A DNA stretch of 64,000 nucleotides from Opitutia bacterium (GTDB taxonomy: Bacteria; Verrucomicrobiota; Verrucomicrobiia; Opitutales; Opitutaceae), in NCBI GenBank assembly GCA_947478395.1, contig CANJVR010000002.1, positions 320,001 to 384,000 on the forward strand, given 5' to 3'. The position numbers were made by a program, and so were the translations under genes. The notes under the pieces are model-generated. The model did no database searches. It was given only the letters and a program-made list of their open reading frames with translations, and was not told the DNA's origin. Of this stretch, positions 56,232 to 64,000 are shown piece after piece. The stretch's first letter is position 1, and every line of letters begins with the position of its first letter.

Positions 56232-56476
56232 ATCCGCTGCAATCACTGGTGCGCTGGCTCGGCACCCATACGCTTTTCCCGGCAAGCCGGCTAAATGCCC
56301 GCGCCGAGACGATGCTTTGTATCGCAGCGCTCGCGGCGGCAGACGAGGCCGCGGCCCTGGCCGGCACCAGGCATTTAATCAAATCGCGCGACGGCGCCAA
56401 GGATTCGGCCCTGCGCTCGTACAACTATCGGCGCAATCAGGTTCACTACGTCTGCGACAACAGTGCGAAGGTCTAA
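56228..56476 (+). CDS. Hypothetical protein (82 aa)
   Basis: ATGA-coupled to the ArsC-like gene; no family recognised. Confidence 0.45.
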   Translation: MNPLQSLVRWLGTHTLFPASRLNARAETMLCIAALAAADEAAALAGTRHLIKSRDGAKDSALRSYNYRRNQVHYVCDNSAKV

Positions 56477-56807
56477 GGGACGGAGAAAAAACCTCGTTCC
56501 GCATGCGCAGAGCCGGGCTTAACGCTCCCTCCGCTCGGCCGTGGCGCTCCGAAATCTTCGGGCAAATCTTTTCGGCGCTCGTTTCAGCCCAGACCTCGTA
56601 AGTTTTAGCATTTTTTTCTGATTTCCGGTCTGAGCCCGTCCGCCAACTCCGGGGCCGAATGCGGCCCGTTGGTCCGACGTGTCCATCGGGTGTTTGTTGT
56701 AGTCGTCGCGCTTTCCGAAAGGGAAAAACAATTTCGACGTAGTGCGGTGATCCTCCGCGACGAACATGATTGCCGCCTTGGTGACCGCGCGCATTTTTCC
56801 CGGTCTC

Positions 56808-57683
56808 ATGACTCCGTTCTCCACGATACTTACGCATCCCGGCGGTGCTCACAAAGACGAGTTCCTCGCGTGTTGCGTTTTGGTCGCACTACGACCGGTG
56901 CCAATCCTGCGGCGCGAACCAAGTGCCGCCGACCTGCTCGATCCCGCGATGTGCATCGTAGATGTCGGCCAGCAACACGATCCAGCGCACAACAACTACG
57001 ATCATCATCAGCTGGCGAAAGATCATCCGCCCACGTGTTCGCTCTCGCTCGTCCTGAGGGAGATCGGAATTTACGAGGACGCGCGCCAGTTCTGCGAATG
57101 GCTTGAGCCGGCCGAGTGGTTCGATTGTCGCGGACCATTTGCGACCGCACAGTGGCTCGGCGTGGAACGAGGTGTGTTGGACAAACTAATTTCCCCCATC
57201 GACATCACGTTGCTGCGCCGTTTCGCGTCGCAGTCGCGACTTTCGCCTTCGGAGCCGCTGTGGGAAATTATGCGTATGGTCGGGGAAGACCTGCTGGAAT
57301 ACGTGAAGTCGCTGCGTTCCCGCCTCGATTTTCTCGCCCGACATACGGAAATCTGGGAGTTCGACCTCGGCGACGGACCGGCCCAAGTTCTATTTCTCGC
57401 GCGCACTGAACCATTGCCGGACGAGCCCTCATCAGGGATGGAGCGGTACGTTGAGGGTCGTGGACTCAAAGACAAAGTTGTCGCGATGATCTACCCGGAT
57501 CGACGCGGTCAAGGCTACGGTCTTTCCCGTTTCCGCGACAGTATGCGGCTTGATTTCACGCGCATCGCATCGGATCCGCAGGTGCATTTCGCTCACGCCC
57601 GGGGATTCGTGGCCAAAACTTCCGCGACAAGCGTTGCGGAATTAAAGCGCCTGATTGAGCTCGCAGCGGTGCAGCTGGACTGA
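56808..57683 (+). CDS. MYG1-family (DHH-like) protein
   Basis: THPGGAHKDE, VDVG, YDHHQ, FAHARGF. Confidence 0.85.
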   Translation: MTPFSTILTHPGGAHKDEFLACCVLVALRPVPILRREPSAADLLDPAMCIVDVGQQHDPAHNNYDHHQLAKDHPPTCSLSLVLREIGIYEDARQFCEWLEPAEWFDCRGPFATAQWLGVERGVLDKLISPIDITLLRRFASQSRLSPSEPLWEIMRMVGEDLLEYVKSLRSRLDFLARHTEIWEFDLGDGPAQVLFLARTEPLPDEPSSGMERYVEGRGLKDKVVAMIYPDRRGQGYGLSRFRDSMRLDFTRIASDPQVHFAHARGFVAKTSATSVAELKRLIELAAVQLD

Positions 57684-57834
57684 GCGGGACTAGGCAGGCA
57701 GGGCGCTTGATCCGTAACGAGCCGACTTGGCGTCGCGCTCGCTCTGAGCCGGGTTGCCCAACAGCGTGTTAAAGGATAGCCCGGCCTACCTTCGGAAGGG
57801 GCGCACGCCGCGCGTTTCGGCCCGCGCAGCCACC

Positions 57835-58260
57835 CTACGCTAGCGTCGCATCAAGCGTGATGGTCGCGGTGAGTAGGCGGGAGATCGGGCAGCCAGCTTT
57901 GGCCTTGGCGGCGATCTCGTTGAACTGAGCCAGCGCGATTCCGGGAACGGTGGCCTTCGCTCGAAGGTGTGACGCGGTCACGGTCCAGCCCGCCGGCGGA
58001 ACATTCTCGAGGCTCACTTCGGCGGTGACTTCGACGCGCTCGGGTTTAAATCCGGCTTCGCCCAGCATGGCCGAGAATGCCATCGCGAAACAGCCCGAGT
58101 GGGCCGCGGCGATCAACTCTTCCGGATTGGTGCCAACACCCGACGCGAAGCGGGAGTTGAAGGAATAAGCGGCATCCTTCAAAGCGCCGCCCGGGGCGCT
58201 GAGGGAGCCATTACCTTCTTTGAGTGAACCATTCCAGACGGCGGAGGCGGTGCGTTTCAT
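57835..58260 (-). CDS. osmC: OsmC family peroxiredoxin
   Basis: A.W.GSLKEG.G, YSFNSRF, TNPEELIAAAHSGCF, CPIS. Confidence 0.95.
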   Translation of the reverse strand: MKRTASAVWNGSLKEGNGSLSAPGGALKDAAYSFNSRFASGVGTNPEELIAAAHSGCFAMAFSAMLGEAGFKPERVEVTAEVSLENVPPAGWTVTASHLRAKATVPGIALAQFNEIAAKAKAGCPISRLLTATITLDATLA

Positions 58261-58423
58261 AGGCTGGTACCGCTAGTCTCGCAGACCGGTTTGGCAAACC
58301 CTCTCTCAAAAATTTTAAAAAAGTGGCGCGAGGCTTTGGCGGTCTCGTGCAGTCCGGAACGCGGGTCGAAGATGTGCGCTACTTGAGGGCGGCGCCTTGA
58401 TTTATCGCGCGGGCCGCACTCAC

Positions 58424-59302
58424 ATGTTCTCCGCCAAACCGTTTCACGCCGTGTTCATCAACCTATCCGCCTATAAATTCACGCCGCTCGGGGACCTGCC
58501 GGAGCTGCGGGAACGTTTGCGCGACGTGGCGCAGGCGGGGCAGTTGAAAGGAACTATCTTACTCAGTCCGGAGGGTATTAATTTTTTTGTGGCCGGCGGC
58601 CGGACAGAGTTGGACCTCCTGCTCACGGTGCTTCGGGCCGTGCCCGGGTTGGAGCAGCTGACGGCGAAGGAGAGCGAGAGTGTTGACCAGCCGTTTAACC
58701 GGATGCTGGTAAAAATAAAAAAAGAGATCATCGCGTTCGGGGTCGAAGGCATCGATCCCTCGCGTCATCCTACGCGCAAGATCGCGCCGCAGCTCTTGAA
58801 AGCGTGGCTCGACGAAGGGCGGGCGGTCACGCTGCTCGACACGCGCAACGACTACGAGGTGAGCATGGGCACGTTTCAGGGCGCGGTGCCCGTAGGAATC
58901 GATCATTTCCGCGATTTCCCGGAAGCGGTGCGACGTCTGCCGGACGAATTGAAGGAGCGGCCCATCGTGATGTTTTGCACCGGCGGCATCCGCTGCGAAA
59001 AAGCTGGGCCCTACATGGAGCGTGCGGGGTTTCGCAACGTGCACCAACTCGACGGCGGCATCTTGAAGTATTTCGAGGAGTGCGGCGGCGCTCATTTCCA
59101 GGGCGAATGCTTCGTGTTCGACCGGCGCGTGGGCGTGGACTCGGCGTTGCACGAAACCAACTCGGTTATGTGCTTCAACTGTCAGATGCCGCTGCGCGAG
59201 GAAGAACAGCGCGATCCGCGCTACGTGCCGGATGTGAGTTGTCCGCATTGCTTCGGAAAAAAATCGGGCGCAAATGCCGCGGCGAAGAGCCCCGTCGAAT
59301 AA
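58424..59302 (+). CDS. trhO: Rhodanese-related protein, TrhO/UPF0176 family
   Basis: [42 protein letters not shown]. Confidence 0.8.
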   Translation: MFSAKPFHAVFINLSAYKFTPLGDLPELRERLRDVAQAGQLKGTILLSPEGINFFVAGGRTELDLLLTVLRAVPGLEQLTAKESESVDQPFNRMLVKIKKEIIAFGVEGIDPSRHPTRKIAPQLLKAWLDEGRAVTLLDTRNDYEVSMGTFQGAVPVGIDHFRDFPEAVRRLPDELKERPIVMFCTGGIRCEKAGPYMERAGFRNVHQLDGGILKYFEECGGAHFQGECFVFDRRVGVDSALHETNSVMCFNCQMPLREEEQRDPRYVPDVSCPHCFGKKSGANAAAKSPVE

Positions 59303-59634
59303 TTTCCGTAAACGATCGGTGTAGATCAGCGCGCTGACCGACGGATCGAAAGCTGTTCTGATAGGCGCTGACGTTTCCCTGCGCCGACAAATTCCCCCAT
59401 GCGGGTGCGTCTGGGTTCAACTCGCGGCCCGTTGGCGCACCGTATTCGCCCGCGAGCCGGAGCGACGACGAGCGGCGGGCGTTGGCGAAACGTTTCGTGT
59501 CCCGTTGGCGACGGCGGAAATGATTTGTCGGCGCCAAGGCGGCGCAATTTTTTCCCCGGCCGCTACGTCGTTGGCGGCTGCGCTTTCGGTGAATCCGCGC
59601 TACGGGTATAATCGAGTCACGACTCGATCTGCTT

Positions 59635-61254
59635 TTATCGCGCCGCGCGCGCGATCGACTCCGCGCGGGCGTAATTTTTACGAAACGCGGCGCCGAGCTC
59701 GTTCGCCATGGTGATTTCGTCGACTTTGTTTTTCGAACCGAGGGCCTGTTTGATGGCTCCGTTGGCCCGCGCGTAGTCCACTGCCGTCAGATCCGTGAGC
59801 GCGGCCAGCGCCTCCGCCCGCGCTGTCACGGGAGCCGCATTAATTGCGCGCCAAGCGCGCGTCAGTTCCTCGTGGGTGTCCTGACACATTACGCGAATAA
59901 TGAAGGCCATCTCGCGGAAAACGCCGCCCGTCCATTCGGTCCGGTAGATCAGCTGATCAGTCTGGGTAAATGGCATCGCGTCCGGATCACTCCGCAGCGG
60001 ACGCAGACTGGTGTCCGCATAAAAATCCTTGCGCAAAGGCAATCGGCGCAGTGCGAAACGCTCCGGCCCGCCGGGCGTACCCGGCTTCAAATTCCAAAGT
60101 TCCTGCCCTTCCGTCGACAAAACATACTCGATGAACGCGATCGCCGGTTCGCGGTTTTTGGCGCCACGCAACAACGCGATGGGGTCGACGGAACTCACCG
60201 ATCCACCTACGGGAGAAACGTAGCCGATTCGTTCCGAGGCATCGCGCCGGCGCACGGCCTCTTCCTGCTGTCGGCCGTAGAAATCGATACACATGCCGAC
60301 GGCGCAATTTCCGGCCGCGACATCGATCGGCGGCTTTTGCGACGTGTCCGTGAAATAGCGCGCGTTGGCCCCGACGATTTGCATCAGCCGCAAGCCCTCG
60401 ATCCAGCCTTCGCGCACCGCCTGGGCCTCGCGCGCTTTGGGATCACCCGCCGGATTTGCGCGAATCAAAGCCGCCAAACTTCGCTGCATCTGCTGTTGAA
60501 TCACATTTTCAAACGCCTTCGCGATCGAACCGCTCTTTGTCGGATCGCAGAGCGCAACCTCGCCGATCAAAGCCGGATTCTGCAGATCGCTCCATTGCGC
60601 CGGCTCATGTTCGATGCCCAGCCGCCGCAGCGAATCGCGGTTGAAAATAATACCGTACGCACTGAGCACGCAGCCAACCCAGCGCCCTTCCTTATCCCAA
60701 TATTCCTCGCCCGCGTACGTCCGCGGAATGACGTCGTCCGTAAACCACTGGGGATGCTTTTTAAGAATTCCGCTGTCCACGATGCGACCCGCCTTCGCTT
60801 GCTTGTCGAAATCGTACGTGCCTCCGCCAAAAAAAAGATCGATTCCGCAGCCGACGTCCGAAGCCATGAATGCCTCTCGCGCCGCGCGGGCCGCGGGCGA
60901 AGCGTCCGCGGGAAGTTTTTGATTTTGAAATCCAGCCTGCACGTCCGTGCTCCACGCTTGGCCGAGTTTTTTCGTCCAGTAATTTTGAAACGCGGCCGTG
61001 TACTCGCCTTCCATGAACCGCGCGATTTCGCTCGTGCCGCCCAGCACGCGCCAGTCGATCTTCACTGAGCGGCCAGTCTTTGCGCGGTACCAAGTCTTGA
61101 AACCCTGCGCGTATTCATGGCGGATAGCTTCATTGTGCGGAGTTACGAGCACGAGCGTGTCATCCGTTCGTTCGGTTTCCCGCTGTTTGGGGCGCAAGAC
61201 GAATGGCAACGCGACGGTCGCCACGAGCGCGAAGACGATGACCCAGCGTTTCAT
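59635..61254 (-). CDS. ABC transporter extracellular solute-binding protein (Fe3+/thiamine-like family)
   Basis: N-terminal anchor, IDLFFGGG, P..WSDL, DPTKSGS, DPIALL. Confidence 0.85.
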   Translation of the reverse strand: MKRWVIVFALVATVALPFVLRPKQRETERTDDTLVLVTPHNEAIRHEYAQGFKTWYRAKTGRSVKIDWRVLGGTSEIARFMEGEYTAAFQNYWTKKLGQAWSTDVQAGFQNQKLPADASPAARAAREAFMASDVGCGIDLFFGGGTYDFDKQAKAGRIVDSGILKKHPQWFTDDVIPRTYAGEEYWDKEGRWVGCVLSAYGIIFNRDSLRRLGIEHEPAQWSDLQNPALIGEVALCDPTKSGSIAKAFENVIQQQMQRSLAALIRANPAGDPKAREAQAVREGWIEGLRLMQIVGANARYFTDTSQKPPIDVAAGNCAVGMCIDFYGRQQEEAVRRRDASERIGYVSPVGGSVSSVDPIALLRGAKNREPAIAFIEYVLSTEGQELWNLKPGTPGGPERFALRRLPLRKDFYADTSLRPLRSDPDAMPFTQTDQLIYRTEWTGGVFREMAFIIRVMCQDTHEELTRAWRAINAAPVTARAEALAALTDLTAVDYARANGAIKQALGSKNKVDEITMANELGAAFRKNYARAESIARAAR

Positions 61255-61260
61255 CGCCGA

Positions 61261-62334
61261 TCAATCCACCAGCACGACCACGTCCTCGGGCTCGACCGAT
61301 GCAAACAACTCGCCGCTCGCCGCCCGCGTGCCGACGTACCGCGGGTTGCGCTCGACGATTTTCAGCGTCGTCCCGTTGCTTACAAAATCGTACTGCCCGA
61401 TCTCACCGAGATAAACGGAATCACCGATCGCGCCGCGAATGTTGTTCTGCGCTTCCGGCGCCTGCGTGATGGTCCAGCACTCGGGCCGGATGGAAACGGT
61501 CACGGTTGCGCCGGTCGCCACATTTGCCAGCGGATCGCCCATGATGCCCTGAAAACGACCGACCGAGGTCTCGACCCAAATCTTGTCGCCTTCGCGTCCG
61601 AGCAGTTTTCCCGGAATGAAATCGGTTTCGCCGATGAAGTTCGCGACCGTCTTGCGGTGCGGCCGCTTGTATACCTCGCGCGGCGATCCGACCTGCAAAA
61701 TGTGTCCGCTTTCGAGAATCGCCATGCGGTCCGAAACTGAGAGCGCCTCCTTCTGGTCGTGCGTCACGTACACCGTCGTCAACTTGAACTCTTTGCACAC
61801 CCGGCGGATTTCCGTCCGCATCTCAAGCCTCAGCTTCGCATCGAGGTTGGAAAGCGGTTCATCCAGCAAGAGACAGCGCGGCCGGATTACCAGCGCGCGC
61901 GCAAGTGCCACGCGTTGCTGTTGTCCGCCGGAAAGTTGATTGGGGCGGCGCTCCGCATACTGGCCCATGCGTACTGACTCCAAGGCCTCACCGACGCGGC
62001 GCTTGATCTCATCTTTCGCGACCTTCCGCTCTTCGAGGCCGAAGGCCACGTTCTCCGCGACACTCATGTGCGGCCAAAGGGCGTAGCTCTGAAACATCAT
62101 CCCAGTATTTCGTTTGTGCGGCGCGAGCCGCGTCACGTCTTCGTCGCCGAAAAAAATCTTTCCCTCTTCCGGGATGTAGAATCCCGCCATGCTGCGCAGC
62201 AGGGTCGTCTTCCCGCAACCGCTCGGGCCGAGCAGGAAAAAAAGTTCTCCGGGTGCGATCTCCAGATTGAGATGATGCAACGCGGTGACGCTTCCGAAGC
62301 GCTTGGTGAGTTGCTGAATTCGAATGGAAATCAT
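61261..62334 (-). CDS. ABC transporter ATP-binding protein (PotA/FbpC-like)
   Basis: GPSGCGKTT, LSGGQQQRVALARAL, DEPLSNLD, TOBE C-terminus. Confidence 0.95.
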   Translation of the reverse strand: MISIRIQQLTKRFGSVTALHHLNLEIAPGELFFLLGPSGCGKTTLLRSMAGFYIPEEGKIFFGDEDVTRLAPHKRNTGMMFQSYALWPHMSVAENVAFGLEERKVAKDEIKRRVGEALESVRMGQYAERRPNQLSGGQQQRVALARALVIRPRCLLLDEPLSNLDAKLRLEMRTEIRRVCKEFKLTTVYVTHDQKEALSVSDRMAILESGHILQVGSPREVYKRPHRKTVANFIGETDFIPGKLLGREGDKIWVETSVGRFQGIMGDPLANVATGATVTVSIRPECWTITQAPEAQNNIRGAIGDSVYLGEIGQYDFVSNGTTLKIVERNPRYVGTRAASGELFASVEPEDVVVLVD

Positions 62335-62457
62335 GCCGCGCGTAAGCGTCGAGGACGCAAGATTTGGACTAAATCCAAGTCAAAGTAATAAACCCTCCGG
62401 GTGGCGGCGGAACGAATTGCCACACGTCGTTCCCGCCGCCTCGCTCCCAGCACGTCC

Positions 62458-63024
62458 ATGCCGCGCCCGAAGAAAAAATCCCCTTCCCTCCATCCCGACC
62501 TTGAAAGCGTGCTCTACACGGAGGCGCAGATCAAGAAGCGCGTCCGCACGCTGGCCGGTGAACTGAAGGCCGTGTACGGCGACGGCGAGTTCACCATCGT
62601 TTCGCTGATCAACGGCGCAATCATGTTCACCGCCGATCTCATGCGCGAGATCGACAACCCCGTCCGCCTCGACTGCATCCGCATCTCCAGCTACGGCGCG
62701 AAAACCAAATCCGTCGGCGCGCCGCAGCTCATCGCCACGCTCACCCTCGATATCGCGAATCGTCACGTGCTGATCGTCGACGACATCCTCGACACAGGCA
62801 AAACGCTCACGCTGGTCGCTGGCCTCGTGCGCAAGCTCGGTCCCGCGAGTCTGCGGACCTGCGTGCTACTCGATAAAACCGCGCGCCGCGAAGTTCCGTT
62901 CGAGGCCGATTTCGTGGGTTTTAAAATTCCCGACAAGTTCGTGATCGGGTACGGCCTCGATTATGCCGAGCGCTACCGGAATCTGCCCTGCATCGGGGTG
63001 CTGAATCCCGCCGCGGCGGGATGA
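62458..63024 (+). CDS. hpt: Hypoxanthine phosphoribosyltransferase
   Basis: SSYG, VLIVDDILDTGKTL, LLDK, FVIGYGLDY. Confidence 0.95.
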   Translation: MPRPKKKSPSLHPDLESVLYTEAQIKKRVRTLAGELKAVYGDGEFTIVSLINGAIMFTADLMREIDNPVRLDCIRISSYGAKTKSVGAPQLIATLTLDIANRHVLIVDDILDTGKTLTLVAGLVRKLGPASLRTCVLLDKTARREVPFEADFVGFKIPDKFVIGYGLDYAERYRNLPCIGVLNPAAAG

Positions 63025-63198
63025 TTCGATGCGAGCCCTGGGTCCGCGTTGAGCGCCGCGGTGTTCTTCATCCAAGGCGAGCGCGCTTTCCGGAGCCGCT
63101 TTTTTTCGCTTGGTCGAACGAAGCCAGGAGAAAATCTTGGGCCGACCGACGCTGCTGGGGTTGGAATTGCGGTTGGCTCGGCTAAGGCCCGGTCGCAC

Positions 63199-64000
63199 TT
63201 ACTTTGGCGCTTTCAACGCGAGCGTCACGATAACCGGCCGGTGGTCGCTCGCTTCTTTCACACCGGGACCGTCGTAGATTCGCGCCGCTCCACCTTTCAC
63301 TGCGAGCCGTAGCAGCGGGGAAACCAACAGGTGGTCGACGCGAGAGTAGGATTCGATTTTCGCGTAGTAGTGGGTCCACGTTTCGCCCCGGCTGTCGGTG
63401 GCGGGGAGCAATTCGGCGACGGTCGTTTTCCCCCTCTCCTGGAGATGAGCGAGTGCCTTGCTGGTTTTGTCGTCGTTGCAGTCACCAAGGATGACGAACC
63501 GCTCCGTCGCCGGCGCCGGAAACCGTTGCAACACGCGGTCGCGCACCGCCGTGGCTTCACCCGCGCGCCTCGTGGCCGAAAGCGGATCGTCGGGCCGGTC
63601 CGTAAACCGACTTTTCAAATGGACGGCGAACAGTGTGAGGTCTCCGCCCTCGGTCGCCACGACCACTTCGAGCAGGCCGCGTTTCACGGTCTCGCGCGAT
63701 CCCATATAAGCAAAACTCAAGTCGGTGTGCTGAGTGACGCGTTTCAGCGGTCGCTTCGACAGCAAGGCGACGTGCCGGTCTGCGTCCTTCCCGACCAACA
63801 ACGCCGCGTACGCGTAGGTCAGACCGTCGCTCTGTAAATCGCGGCGCAATTCCTCGAGATGCGCGGCGTCGCCCATTTCCTGCAGTACGAGCAGATCGGC
63901 ATCGAGCGCGCGGATGACGCTCCGCAGCGCCCGTTTTTCCGCCTCGGGCTTCGGGTAGTCTGTGCGATAACCGGCCTCGGTGATGCGATCCGCGGGACCG
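63199..64000 (-). CDS. Endonuclease/exonuclease/phosphatase family protein (5' end beyond the window)
   Basis: DADLLVLQE, HLKS, GDCND, DHLL, ASDHRPV; frame open to the window edge. Confidence 0.9.
   Translation of the reverse strand, partial: GPADRITEAGYRTDYPKPEAEKRALRSVIRALDADLLVLQEMGDAAHLEELRRDLQSDGLTYAYAALLVGKDADRHVALLSKRPLKRVTQHTDLSFAYMGSRETVKRGLLEVVVATEGGDLTLFAVHLKSRFTDRPDDPLSATRRAGEATAVRDRVLQRFPAPATERFVILGDCNDDKTSKALAHLQERGKTTVAELLPATDSRGETWTHYYAKIESYSRVDHLLVSPLLRLAVKGGAARIYDGPGVKEASDHRPVIVTLALKAPK

Overview
High-GC bacterial chromosome segment; gene content and protein style suggest Verrucomicrobiota/Opitutaceae (inference). Positions ~1-10,000 are a visibly more AT-rich accessory block. 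It holds a type IV pilin-like operon (truncated PilT/VirB11-like ATPase, a CHB_HEX_C/Fn3-associated-repeat protein, PilX/PilW-like and minor pilins, two tandem near-identical major pilins) and a signalling cassette (small membrane protein, HDOD protein, ORFan, two duplicated stand-alone receivers). The block ends at a dif-like XerC/D site (9967-9994), followed 14 bp later by an orphan type I-C-like CRISPR mini-array. A weaker dif-like site at 6238-6265 brackets the cassette in direct orientation. Positions 10.6-19.6 kb encode an unusual lipid cluster: FabF, ACP, two phytoene-desaturase-like flavoproteins, FabZ-like, FabI-like, OleA and OleB, with no oleC/oleD in the window. The rest is mostly housekeeping (galE, sigma54 regulator, tRNA-Ala, Tol/Exb genes, tmk, holB, mutS, aroF, nadE, hemL, SpoIVB-like peptidase plus partner, hrpA, ABC components, hpt). 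GTAG/GTGG REP-like palindromes and 7-bp-period repeats are scattered throughout, several inserted in-frame in proteins. All calls come from reading sequence and motifs; no database searches were run.
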